From NCBI GenBank assembly GCA_963702475.1, contig CAVPCT010000005.1:480001-544000 (forward strand): a stretch of 64,000 nt of DNA. The letters are read 5' to 3'. The DNA is from an uncultured Thermoleophilia bacterium. Lineage in GTDB: Bacteria > Actinomycetota > Thermoleophilia > UBA2241. The notes under the pieces were generated by a model that saw only the letters and a list, made by a program, of their open reading frames with translations, was not told the DNA's origin and did not search any database. Below, one piece after another: positions 44,983-54,704 of this stretch. Position 1 is the stretch's first letter. Every line of letters starts with the position of its first letter. The position numbers were made by a program, and so were the translations under genes.

Positions 44983-45820
44983 CGTCGCCCGCCTCCGGCG
45001 CGGAGGCGACTGCGCCGGCCTCATCCTGTTCCTCGTCGTCGTCGCCGCCCAGGTAGGCGGCGATCACCACAGGGTCGAGCTGGATCATGCGCGGCGGGCC
45101 CTCGGCGATCTTGCGGCCGCGGTCGAGCACGACGATCTCGTCCGAGACGTCCATGACGAGGCCCATGTCGTGCTCGACGATCACGACCGTCGCGCCGGCG
45201 TCGCGCACGCGGAACAACGTGTGCAGGAGCTCGCGGGTCTCGCCGGCGTTGAGACCGGCGGCCGGCTCGTCGAGCAGCAGCAGACGCGGGCGCGTGGCGA
45301 GCGCGCGCGCGATCTCGACCAGGCGTCGGATGCCGGCGGGCAGGTCGGCGGCCGGCACATCCACCCACTCCTCGATGCCGATGAGGCGAAGCAGGCGGCC
45401 GGCCTCCTCGCGCGCCTCGCGGTCTTCGGCGGTCGCGCCCGGCAGGCGCAGCAAGGCCGCGGTGAAGCCCTTGCCCTGGTGCGCCTGCCGGCCGACCATG
45501 ACGTTCTCGCCGGCGGTGAGCTCGTCGAAGAGCTGCGTGTTCTGGAACGTGCGGGCGAGGCCGGCGCGGACCACGTCGCGCGGGCGCCGGCCGACGAGCT
45601 CCTTGCCCTCGAACAACACCGACCCGCCGTCCGGCTTCTCGAACCCGGTCAGAGCGTTGAACAGGGTGGACTTGCCCGCGCCGTTGGGCCCGATGAGGGC
45701 CTTGATGGTGCCGGAGACCACGTCGAACGACACGTCGTCCACGGCGGTGAGCCCGCCGAAGCGCTTGGTCACGTGCCGCACCCGCAGAAGGCGGAGCGGT
45801 TCACCTGCGACGGCACTCAC
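44975..45820 (-). CDS. livG: Branched-chain amino acid ABC ATPase
   Basis: FGGLTAV, GPNGAGKST, LDEPAAGLN, VIAAYLG. Confidence 0.92.
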   Translation of the reverse strand: MSAVAGEPLRLLRVRHVTKRFGGLTAVDDVSFDVVSGTIKALIGPNGAGKSTLFNALTGFEKPDGGSVLFEGKELVGRRPRDVVRAGLARTFQNTQLFDELTAGENVMVGRQAHQGKGFTAALLRLPGATAEDREAREEAGRLLRLIGIEEWVDVPAADLPAGIRRLVEIARALATRPRLLLLDEPAAGLNAGETRELLHTLFRVRDAGATVVIVEHDMGLVMDVSDEIVVLDRGRKIAEGPPRMIQLDPVVIAAYLGGDDDEEQDEAGAVASAPEAGDDA

Positions 45821-46800
45821 GGCGGCACCTCCTCCCCGCGGTGCCGGCGCCGCCAGATGCCACCGAGGCCGCGCGGCGCGAAGATCACCACGAGGATGAT
45901 GGCGAGCGCGTAGATGTCCTCGCGATACTCCTGCAGCGCCTGCGACGTGGACCGCGGCACGCCGGGGATGAGCGCGTCGAAGTACTGCAGCAGCGTGAGC
46001 AGGACCGCGGCCAGGAGCGGCCCGGCCAGCGAGCCCGTGCCACCGATGACGGCCATGGCCATGAACGTGACCGAGGCCGTGAGCGTGAACACGCTGGGCG
46101 AGACGAAGCCGACGACGCCCGCGTAGAGCGCGCCGGCGAGGCCGGCGATGACCGCACTGAGCACGAAGGTGCGCACCTTGACGCCGACCACGTCGACGCC
46201 GCTGGCCTGCGCGCCCAGCTCGCTGCCGTGCAGGGCGCGCATGGCGCGCCCCGGGCGCAGCGAGCTGACGTTCCAGGCGATCAGGAGGGCGATGCCGACG
46301 ATGCCCCACACCAGCCAGTACAGCGACGACGCCGTGCGGAACTCGAACGGTCCCAGCGCGGGGAATGGGATGCCGGTGAAGCCGTCGACACCGCCGGTGA
46401 TGGGCTCGGCCTCCTTGAAGGTGAGCGCCATCAGCTCCCCGAAGCCGAGCGTGGCCACGGCGAGGTAGTAGCCTTTGAGCCGCAGGCTGGGCACCGCCAG
46501 CACAAGACCGCCCAGAGCGGAGACGGCGCCGGCGGCGACGAACCCCAGGATCCACGGCCAGTGCAGCTGCACCGTGCAGTAGGCGGCGGCGTAGGCGCCG
46601 ATGCCCACGAAGGCGGCGTGCCCCAGAGACACCTGTCCGGCGTAGCCGAACAGCAGCGAGAGGCCCACCACGACCAGCGCGTTGACGCCGGCGAACGTGA
46701 ACACCTTGAGCACGAAGCGGTCCGTGACCACGAGCGGCAGCACCGCCACGATGAAGGCGATGATGAACGGCGCGAGGGCCCGCAGCGTGCGCGCGTTCAC
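45817..46800 (-). CDS. livM: Branched-chain amino acid ABC permease
   Basis: GYAGQVSLGHAAF, LRLKGYYLAVATL. Confidence 0.92.
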   Translation of the reverse strand: MNARTLRALAPFIIAFIVAVLPLVVTDRFVLKVFTFAGVNALVVVGLSLLFGYAGQVSLGHAAFVGIGAYAAAYCTVQLHWPWILGFVAAGAVSALGGLVLAVPSLRLKGYYLAVATLGFGELMALTFKEAEPITGGVDGFTGIPFPALGPFEFRTASSLYWLVWGIVGIALLIAWNVSSLRPGRAMRALHGSELGAQASGVDVVGVKVRTFVLSAVIAGLAGALYAGVVGFVSPSVFTLTASVTFMAMAVIGGTGSLAGPLLAAVLLTLLQYFDALIPGVPRSTSQALQEYREDIYALAIILVVIFAPRGLGGIWRRRHRGEEVPP

Positions 46801-47669
46801 AGCTTCTCCCTGCCCGACCCGCCGAGGATGCCCTGCGGGCGCACGAAGAGCACGAGCAGGAGCACGATCATGGCGACGGCGTCCTTGTACACCGGGTCGA
46901 CATACCCGGCCACCAGCGCCTCGAGCAGCCCGAGCAGCAGACCGCCGCAGACCGCGCCTACCGGGTCACCGAGGCCGCCGAGCACGGCGGCGGCGAAGCC
47001 CTTGACGCCCATGCCGGCGCCGACGCTGAAGGCCGTCTGCGTGAGCGGCGTGACGGTGATGCCGGCCACGGCGCCGAGCCCGGCCGCCAGTGCGAACGAC
47101 GCCGTGACCATCAAGCTGACGTTGACGCCGACCAGGCGGGCGGCGTCGCGGCGGATCGCCGTGGCCCGCATGGCCTTGCCGAACGCCGTGCGGCGGTAGA
47201 GCAGGGCCAGCACGGCCACGGCGACGACCGTGACCACCCAGATCCAGACGGTCTGCCGCTCGATGGCCGCGCCGAACACCTTGAACGAGGCCCCGGCGTT
47301 GAACGGATCGAGCGGCCGTTCGTCAGGACCCAGGAAGTGCAGCGTGAGCTGCCGCAGCAGGACGGCGCCGCCGATGGTGACGATGATGATGCGCAGCGGG
47401 TCGCCGTCCTTGATGGGGCGCACGGCCAGGAGCTCGAAGGCCGCGCCGATGGCTGCGGTGGCGGCGACCGCCGCCACCGCAGCCAGGGGTAGCGGCAGAC
47501 CCAGCTGCCAGAAGGCGACACCGAGCATCCCGCCGAGCATGAAGAACTCGCCCTGGGCGAAGTTGATCGCCCGGGTGGCCGCGAACACGATAGTGAAACC
47601 GAGTGCGACGAGCGCGTAGATCGCGCCGTTCTTCAGCCCTGCGATGAGGAACTGCAGCAGCTCGCTCAC
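46797..47669 (-). CDS. livH: Branched-chain amino acid ABC permease
   Basis: YALVALG, INFAQGE, KGFAAAVLGGLG. Confidence 0.92.
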   Translation of the reverse strand: MSELLQFLIAGLKNGAIYALVALGFTIVFAATRAINFAQGEFFMLGGMLGVAFWQLGLPLPLAAVAAVAATAAIGAAFELLAVRPIKDGDPLRIIIVTIGGAVLLRQLTLHFLGPDERPLDPFNAGASFKVFGAAIERQTVWIWVVTVVAVAVLALLYRRTAFGKAMRATAIRRDAARLVGVNVSLMVTASFALAAGLGAVAGITVTPLTQTAFSVGAGMGVKGFAAAVLGGLGDPVGAVCGGLLLGLLEALVAGYVDPVYKDAVAMIVLLLVLFVRPQGILGGSGREKL

Positions 47670-47694
47670 GGGACGCCCTTGTCAGCTCGCCCCG

Positions 47695-48917
47695 TTACTG
47701 CACCAGGGTCCAGTCGCCGTCCTTGATCTGGTACATGGTGAGGTCCTCGCACGGTGAGGCCGTTGTGGTCCTCGGGCGTGAAGGTGAAGGTGCCGCCGGT
47801 GCCGACCCAGCCGGTCGGTCTGCTCGATGGCGTCGCGCAGGGCCTCGGGCGTGAGGTCGCCCTCCACGCTCTTGGCCGCCTCCACCACGAGGTAGAGGGC
47901 GTCGTACGCGTAGCCGGCGAACGTGCTCGGCGTCTCGCCGTAGGCGGCCTGGTAGCGGTCGATGAACTCGGTGGCCACCGTGTATGCCTCCGTGCCCTCG
48001 CCGTAGGCCTCGGGCATGAGGATCTTGCCGGCGGGGAAGGTGACGCCCTCGGCGGCGTCGCCGGCGCCCTCGATGAACTCGCGGCGGGCGATGCCGTGGC
48101 TGCCGAAGACGGGCAGGTCGACGCCCAGGTCCTTGGCGTTCTTGACGATGGTGGCCGCCTCGGCGCCGGCCGTCCACATCACGACCGCCTCGGCGCCGGA
48201 GCCCTTGATCTTGGTGAGCTGCGCGCTCATGTCGGCGTCGCCGGGGTTGAAGGACTCGTCGTCGACGATCTCGATGCCGTAGTTGGGCGCCTCGGCCGCT
48301 ATGACGGCCTGGCCGTCCTTGCCGAAGCCGCCGCTGTCGCTGATGAGGCCGATCTTGGTGATGCCCTGGTCCTTGAGGTACTGGAGCGTGAACGGCACCA
48401 CGATGAGGTTGGACCAGGGAGTCGCGAACACAAGGGGATCCACGGGATTGGTGATGGCGGTGGCGCCCGCCATGGAGACCTGCGGGATGCCGGCGCGCTG
48501 CACGTCGCCGCGCACGGCCATGGTCTGACCGGAGCCGGTGGCGCCGATGATGGCCACCACCTCGTCCTGCTCGATGAGCTTGGCCGCGGCGGCCACAGCC
48601 TTGGCCTCGTCGGTGGCGTCGTCCTCGACGATGACCTCGAGCGGACGGCCGTTGATGCCGCCGGCGTCGTTGATGCGCTGCACTTCCATGTCGATGACGT
48701 TCTTCTCGCCCTCGCCGAGGCCGGCGTAGGTGCCGGTGAGCGAGACGATCGCGCCGACCTTGATGGGTTCGCCGGAAGCAGCGCCGGGGCTCGCGGAGCT
48801 CTCCGAGCCGCCGCCGTCACCGCTGCTCCCGCAGCCGGCTATGGTCAGGGCGAGTGCCGCCGCCAGCGCCGCGATCAGGTACGCCATCTGCAGTCTGAGT
48901 CTCCGTCCGCGCATCAT
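47695..48917 (-). CDS. LivK/LivJ-family substrate-binding lipoprotein; two indels near 47815 and 47751
   Basis: Lipobox IAGC, PIKVGAIVSLTG, INDAGGINGR; C-terminus GWVGTGGTFTFTPEDHNGL...KDGDW recovered across frames. Confidence 0.88.
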
Positions 48918-49157
48918 GTCCCCCATGAGGTCATTGGGCCGCCGGCACGTGCCGGCGGCTGAGCAGTCAGCCTGCGCAAGCGCAGGCCGGACGGGTGCGC
49001 GACGGTGTGGACGCGCCCCCGTCCGTCCCCCCGGGCGGGTGCCCGGAGGATGCGGAATGATAGCACGACGGGAGTGGAAACCGGTCGGGACGCGCCTCCG
49101 GGCAAGGCCGCCGCGCGCGTGGACCGGAGCCTGCGCCGGCCGCGCGCGGCGGCGAGG

Positions 49158-50279
49158 TCAGCCGAAGACGGCGCGCAGGTAGTAGGCCCAGAACGCGGGG
49201 ATCTCGCGCACGACCATGGCGCCGGTGCGCTCGCTGGCAGGCGCCGGCACGGTGAGCACGTCCCAGCCGGCGCCGGCGTACGCCAGCTTGATGCGCGGCA
49301 GGTGGTAGTACTGGCTCACGGCGAGGACGCGGTCCCAGCCCTCGCCGCCGAAGAACGGCCTGGTGTCGTGCACGGTCGCGTCGGTGTCGACACCGTTCGA
49401 GTCGATCACCACGTCCTCCGCCGGCACACCGGCCTGCACGGCCATGTCGCGCATCACGAGGGCCTCGTTGTAGCCGCTGTCGCCGACGCCGCCGGACACC
49501 AGGATGCGCGAGACCAGCCCATCCTTGTAGAGCTGTTCGGCCGTCGCCATGCGCTCGCGCAGCGCCGTGGACGGCCGGCCGTCGTCGTGGACCTGGGCGC
49601 CGAACACCACCGCGACGTCGGCGGCGCGGCGATAGTCGGTCATGCCGAAGAAGTAGACCTGCGCGACCGGGAACGCCAGGGCGCAGGCCGCGGCGGCGGC
49701 GCAGAGCACCGCCGCGGCCGGCCACCCGCGCGGCGCGGGGTCGCGCAGCGCCGCCCAGAGTACGTAGCACAGCAGCGCCGCCACCACCGCCGACAGCGGC
49801 AGGGGCACGCCCGGAGCGATCTGCCCCGCCGCCCACACCCGGTAGAAGTCCACGGCGTTGTACACCGCCGCGGCGGCGAAGAAGGCGACCAGCGCGACCG
49901 TGAGCCAGCGGCGCCACGGCGCCATGGCTGGAGCCACGGCATAGGCCACGAAGGCGACGCCCGCCGCCGCGAGCAGGATGGCCGCCCCCAGCTTGGGTAC
50001 GTAGGGCACGGCGACCCACCACATGTTGGCGTCGAAGGAGCCGTCGCGGAGCAGCCCGACGGTGTTGACCAGGGTGAAGCCGCCGACGAAGAACGCGACG
50101 CCCCGGGCCGGCGCGGCCGCGATCCAGTTGCGCCGCTTCTTCGCAGGCTCAGCAGGAAGCGGCGCCTCGTACTGCGTCCAGCCCGGTCCCGGCGGCTGCG
50201 ACAGTACGGCATGCGACCCCTCTCCGGACGCGCCGCTTGTGGTGACGCGGACGTCTGCGTCGGAGGGGCCCAGGCTCAT
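49158..50279 (-). CDS. YdcF/SanA (DUF218) protein with N-terminal membrane domain
   Basis: VVFGA, VSGG..NEA..M, SQYYHLPR, VVRE. Confidence 0.85.
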   Translation of the reverse strand: MSLGPSDADVRVTTSGASGEGSHAVLSQPPGPGWTQYEAPLPAEPAKKRRNWIAAAPARGVAFFVGGFTLVNTVGLLRDGSFDANMWWVAVPYVPKLGAAILLAAAGVAFVAYAVAPAMAPWRRWLTVALVAFFAAAAVYNAVDFYRVWAAGQIAPGVPLPLSAVVAALLCYVLWAALRDPAPRGWPAAAVLCAAAAACALAFPVAQVYFFGMTDYRRAADVAVVFGAQVHDDGRPSTALRERMATAEQLYKDGLVSRILVSGGVGDSGYNEALVMRDMAVQAGVPAEDVVIDSNGVDTDATVHDTRPFFGGEGWDRVLAVSQYYHLPRIKLAYAGAGWDVLTVPAPASERTGAMVVREIPAFWAYYLRAVFG

Positions 50280-50334
50280 GCGCCAGACTGTATCACGCCG
50301 TCACGGGGCCGCGGCCGGCGCCGAGCACAGTCCG

Positions 50335-50895
50335 GCCGCCATCCTCGGGACCACGTTCTTCGCCGGGGTGCTGGACAGGGTGGTCGCCGTGGACCAGTAC
50401 GGCCGCGAGGACGCACCCCTGTTGCGGATGCTGCGCGAGGTGCCCGTCGTGCGCCTGGTCCTGGTCGACCTCGCTGCGGTGGGCTTGATCGTCCTCGGCA
50501 TGGTGGCGTTCGTCGTGCCGGGCCTGATCCTCGCGGTCCTCCTCGGAGTGGTCGGTCCCGTGCTCGTGATCGAGGACCTGAGTGTGCGGCAGGCGCTCAA
50601 GCGATCGGTCCGACTGGTCCTCCCGCACTTCTTCCTGGTGTTCCTGCTCGTCCTCGTCCCGGCCGGCCTGGAGGAGTCGCTTGTGGATTGGGCGGAGCAC
50701 GGTGCGCACCGCAACGTCCCGTTGTGGCTCGTCGTGGACGTGGCGCTGACAGCCGTGGTCGCCTCCCTGGTCGGCATGCTCGAGATCACGCTCGCGCACG
50801 ACCTCATCGCCGACCGCGCGTGGCGGCGCGGCCGGGAGGCGGCAGCCGCGGGGCCGGGGACAGGCGCCGACACGGGGCCGGGGCCGGCCGCCTGA
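50335..50895 (+). pseudogene. N-terminally truncated membrane protein
   Basis: Hydrophobic coding-like stretch (VVPGL...PVLVIEDLSVRQALKRS) with no usable start; abuts the promoter of the divergent gene. Confidence 0.45.
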
Positions 50896-51015
50896 GCAGC
50901 GCGGCCGGCCCCGTGTCAAAGGGCCCGGCGGCGCCGGGAGGGGGCGGCGCCGCCGGATGAGGCGCCTTCAAGGCCGGCGCGGGCGCGCCGGCCGCCGAGG
51001 CGCCAGGGTCGGGTC

Positions 51016-51957
51016 TCAGGACCAGGACATGCTCTGCACGTACCTCTCGGCGGCGGCCGCGGCCGTGGACCCTTCGGCCACGGCCGTCGCGATCATGCGG
51101 ACCTTGCCCGGGTACGCGGCATAGTCGCCGACTGCGAACACACCGGGGATGCGCGTCTTCATGGCCGAGTCCACGTCCAGGTGCGAGCCGTCCAGGCCAA
51201 GGTCCCAGGCACGTACGCCGCTGAGCTCCGGCACCTGCCCGATGCTGACCAGCACCAGGTCGGCCGGCACCTCGACAACCGACCCGTCGGTGCGCTTGAC
51301 CACCACGCTCTCGAGGCGGTCCGCGCCCCTGATGCCCACGACTTCACCGTTGCTCACGAGCCCGATGCCGGCCTCGAGGAACCGGTCCTGCGTGTGCGCG
51401 AAGCCGCGGAACCGGTCGCGGCGGCGCACCACCGTCACCTCGGCCACCTCGCGCAGCGAGAGGGCGGTGTCGAGCGCCGAGTCGCCGCCGCCGACCACAA
51501 CCACCCGCCGCGCCTCGATCTCCTCAAGGGGCGGCAGGCGGTAGGTCAGGCCCTTGCCCTCGTAGCGGGCCTCGTCGGGGATGCCCAGGCGACGGGGCGA
51601 GAAGCGGCCCAGCCCGAGTGCGAGGACCAGAGCGCGCGCTTCGTCCCGGCGGAAGTCCGTGCGCAGAAGGTACCCGCCGCTCTCCGACAGGCCGACGTGC
51701 TCGACGGGCCGTCGCTCACGCAACTCCGCGCCGAAGCGCTCCGCCTGTTCGGCGAGCCGCAGCGCCAGCTCTCGTGACGGCAGCGGCTCCTGCGCCGGGA
51801 AGTTGCTCACCGGCTTGGTCGGGTACATGTTGACGAGCTGGCCGCCGAACGCTTCCGCCTCCAGCACGATGGTGGTCAACCCGCGCAGGCCGGCGTACAT
51901 GCCCGTCGACAGGCCCGCCGGCCCTCCCCCGACCACCGCCACGTCGTAGGTGCTCAT
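51016..51957 (-). CDS. TrxR-type ferredoxin-NADP+ reductase (YumC-like)
   Basis: GGGPAGL, GGQL..YP.K, GGGDSALD, RR, PGVFAVGD..YPGK; no CxxC. Confidence 0.8.
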   Translation of the reverse strand: MSTYDVAVVGGGPAGLSTGMYAGLRGLTTIVLEAEAFGGQLVNMYPTKPVSNFPAQEPLPSRELALRLAEQAERFGAELRERRPVEHVGLSESGGYLLRTDFRRDEARALVLALGLGRFSPRRLGIPDEARYEGKGLTYRLPPLEEIEARRVVVVGGGDSALDTALSLREVAEVTVVRRRDRFRGFAHTQDRFLEAGIGLVSNGEVVGIRGADRLESVVVKRTDGSVVEVPADLVLVSIGQVPELSGVRAWDLGLDGSHLDVDSAMKTRIPGVFAVGDYAAYPGKVRMIATAVAEGSTAAAAAERYVQSMSWS

Positions 51958-52240
51958 CTCGCCTCCTCCCCGCCGTTGTCGCCCTCGGAGACCCAGCGGG
52001 CGCTTACCTGTCCTGTTACGATTATGCACACGCACGAAACTTCCCAAGCGGTACCGTCCAGCGGCAGGAGACCACGGGCGGAGCGGTCCGCGGTCGCTGC
52101 GCCAGAGCACCCGGAACGCCTCGAGACCCCGGGCTCCGCAACGATGATCGACGGCCGCGACCTTGACGACGCGACTACGATGTTCGGCATACTCGTGATA
52201 TGCCTTTCTGCATGGGTCCACGGAGCGACAGGAGTCTGAG

Positions 52241-52657
52241 ATGAACAAACGGGTCACGACCATCCTCGTCCTGTGTTTTGGCCTGGCACTGATCGCAGGC
52301 CTCGCGGCGGCGTCGGAGGCGCGGGCCGCCTACTTCACCAGCAAGCCCGCGCTGTCGGCGGCGCCGAAGAAGGACGTGCCCTTCCGGGCCTCCGGCTACT
52401 TCACGCCGAAGTCCACGGCGAGCTCGCCGGCCAAGGTGAAGATCATCCTCTGGATGGAGTACGGCGACGACGGCTACGGCGTGATGGACACGTACTGGGC
52501 CAAGGTCGCCAAACGCGCCGGCGGCAAGGTGGGCAGCGCGTACTCGATCACCATCACCATCCCCATGAAGGGCAAGCACGGCGTGCAGGCCATCCAGTAC
52601 CGGGGCGGCAAGAAGGTCTCGTCGTCGAAGACCGTGTACTTCGACGTCCTGCCGTGA
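52241..52657 (+). CDS. Secreted basic hypothetical protein
   Basis: Signal peptide followed by a Lys-rich beta-type domain. Confidence 0.7.
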   Translation: MNKRVTTILVLCFGLALIAGLAAASEARAAYFTSKPALSAAPKKDVPFRASGYFTPKSTASSPAKVKIILWMEYGDDGYGVMDTYWAKVAKRAGGKVGSAYSITITIPMKGKHGVQAIQYRGGKKVSSSKTVYFDVLP

Positions 52658-52685
52658 TCCGCGGTGTGACAGGGAGGGCCGCCAA

Positions 52686-53219
52686 GTGACCGGGGCAGGG
52701 TCGCGCCGCACCGAGATCCTGGTGTTCGTGGGCGTCGTGGCCGCAGCCGTCGTCGCGATCGTCGCCGTCTCTCTCGCGCTACGGCCGCCGCCCGACATGC
52801 CGGTCACGGCCGGAGCCGGCCAGGCCTCGGCCTCGCCGGCCTTCTCCTCGTCGTCCCCCCAGCCGGCCGCGGCGACCGGCGAGCCGCAGGTATGCGCGAG
52901 CTGCTGGGGCGACGGCGGGCCCGACCCGACGGTCGCCGGAGAGGCGGAGGTGGTGGACGGCGTCCAGATCGTACGCGTCGGGGTCGAGGGCGGCTACTAC
53001 GTGCCCAACGAGTTCACGGTGGAGGCCGGCCTGCCGGTGACCGTCGTCTTCAGCGGTCCGGCCGAGGGCTGTCTGGCCGAGCCGGAGTTCCCGGACCTCG
53101 GGGCGAAGGCCGACTTCTCCGGCGGCAGCGCCACCATGGAGCTGGGCGCGCTCTCGCCCGGGTCGTACCCGTTCACCTGTAGCATGGGCGTGAACGAAGG
53201 CCATATCACCGTGCAGTGA
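52686..53219 (+). CDS. Membrane-anchored cupredoxin-domain protein
   Basis: TM anchor, CASC, GGYYVPNEFTV, GC, FTCSMG. Confidence 0.8.
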   Translation: MTGAGSRRTEILVFVGVVAAAVVAIVAVSLALRPPPDMPVTAGAGQASASPAFSSSSPQPAAATGEPQVCASCWGDGGPDPTVAGEAEVVDGVQIVRVGVEGGYYVPNEFTVEAGLPVTVVFSGPAEGCLAEPEFPDLGAKADFSGGSATMELGALSPGSYPFTCSMGVNEGHITVQ

Positions 53220-53291
53220 CGTGCGACGCGACGGGGGCCTGCAGGCGCGCCCGGAGCCGCATCGCACCGACCATCCCTCAGGAGGACGACC

Positions 53292-53813
53292 GTGAAAGTG
53301 CTCGCCTTGCTCATCGTGCTGGCCGGACTGGTCATCGCCATCGTGCCGCAGTACACCAACTGCGAGGCCGGCAGCGACGCGGCGTCCACGGCGTCGCGGG
53401 GTAACGGCGCGGCGGTGGCGGCGGCTGCAGACACCGCCGCACCCGACAGCCTGTTCGCGAGCATGGAGACCGTCGTCGCCAGCAGCATCGTCCCCAAGAT
53501 GAAGTGCTTCTGGAGCGCACGCGGCGGCCTGGTGGTGGGCATCACGCTGGCCGTCGCCGGCGGTCTGCTGTTCTTCGCGCGGCGCCGGGAGACGAGACGC
53601 GCTCTGGCGATCGTCTCCGCCTGCCTCGGCCTGTTCGCGATCCTCGTACCGGCGTCGCTCATCGGGACCTGCGGCGCCGAGACGATGATCTGCAACACCA
53701 CGATGAAGCCGTTGATGATGGTCGCCGGCGGCATCGCGGTGGCGGCAAGCGTGGCGGTGCTGGTGGTGAACGAGCTCAGGCGCGAGGGTCCGCCGGAGAC
53801 CGCGGCGAGCTGA
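53292..53813 (+). CDS. DUF4418-like membrane protein
   Basis: C...MKCFW...IGTC....MIC pattern with four TM segments. Confidence 0.7.
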   Translation: MKVLALLIVLAGLVIAIVPQYTNCEAGSDAASTASRGNGAAVAAAADTAAPDSLFASMETVVASSIVPKMKCFWSARGGLVVGITLAVAGGLLFFARRRETRRALAIVSACLGLFAILVPASLIGTCGAETMICNTTMKPLMMVAGGIAVAASVAVLVVNELRREGPPETAAS

Positions 53814-53875
53814 GGGAGCGCCCCGCGGCGGGCGGCGGGTCGGCGCGGGCGAAGCCGGCCGCCGGCCGCGGATCA

Positions 53876-54676
53876 TCACAGCGGCGTGTGCGGAGCGCAG
53901 CGCGGCAGGTCGCAGTCGAGCCGTCCGTCGCGCAGCACGATGGTCCTGTCGAAGTACGGCTGGATCTCCGCGTTGTGCGTGACCATCACGATGGTGTTGC
54001 CCTCGCGGTGCAGTTCCGCGAACAGCTCCATGATCTCCGCGGTCGTCTCGGTGTCGAGGGCGCCGGTGGGCTCGTCGGCGAGGATGAGCGGCGGCTCGTT
54101 GACGAGCGCGCGGGCGATGGCCACGCGCTCCTGCTCGCCGCCCGAGAGCTTGCCGGGAAGGTGACCGGGGCGCCCGGCGAGTCCCACGCGCTCGAGCACG
54201 GCGAGCGCGCGTGCGCGCTTCTTCGCCGCCGGCATCTTCTTCACCGCGAGCGGCAGGGTCACGTTCTCCAGCGCCGTCAGATACGGCACCAGATTGAACG
54301 CCTGGAACACGAATCCCAGATACTCACGACGGAAGTCGGCGAGCTTCTCCCCGGGCAGGGCGTACAGGTCGATGTCGTCGACGGTGACCGTGCCCGACGA
54401 AGGGTGCGTGAGCCCGCCGAGCATGGCCAGCACGGTGCTCTTGCCGGAGCCGGACTGGCCCATCACCCCGAGAAACGTGCCCTCGGGCACCACCAGGTCG
54501 AGGCCGCGCACGGCCTGCACCGGGGCGCCGTCGCCGGCGAAGGTCTTGACGAGGCCGCGCACCTCGATGAAACGGGCGCGGCGGTCGGCGTCGGTCGTCA
54601 AAGCGGCGGCCGCGCCGGTGTCGCCGGCGTCCTCAGCCGCCCGGAGCGTCTCGTACTCGGTCACCGTGCTGCTCAT
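53876..54676 (-). CDS. ABC ATPase (LolD/MacB-type)
   Basis: GQSGSGKST, LSGGEQERVAIARA, ADEPTGALD. Confidence 0.92.
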   Translation of the reverse strand: MSSTVTEYETLRAAEDAGDTGAAAALTTDADRRARFIEVRGLVKTFAGDGAPVQAVRGLDLVVPEGTFLGVMGQSGSGKSTVLAMLGGLTHPSSGTVTVDDIDLYALPGEKLADFRREYLGFVFQAFNLVPYLTALENVTLPLAVKKMPAAKKRARALAVLERVGLAGRPGHLPGKLSGGEQERVAIARALVNEPPLILADEPTGALDTETTAEIMELFAELHREGNTIVMVTHNAEIQPYFDRTIVLRDGRLDCDLPRCAPHTPL

Positions 54677-54704
54677 CGTTCCTCGCTATCGTCCGCGCCG
54701 CGCC

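Noticed and set aside
52012-52032. Rex operator upstream of the FNR gene
   Set aside because: TGTGCATAATCGTAACA has the wrong spacing and several mismatches to TGTGAA-N4-TTCACA.
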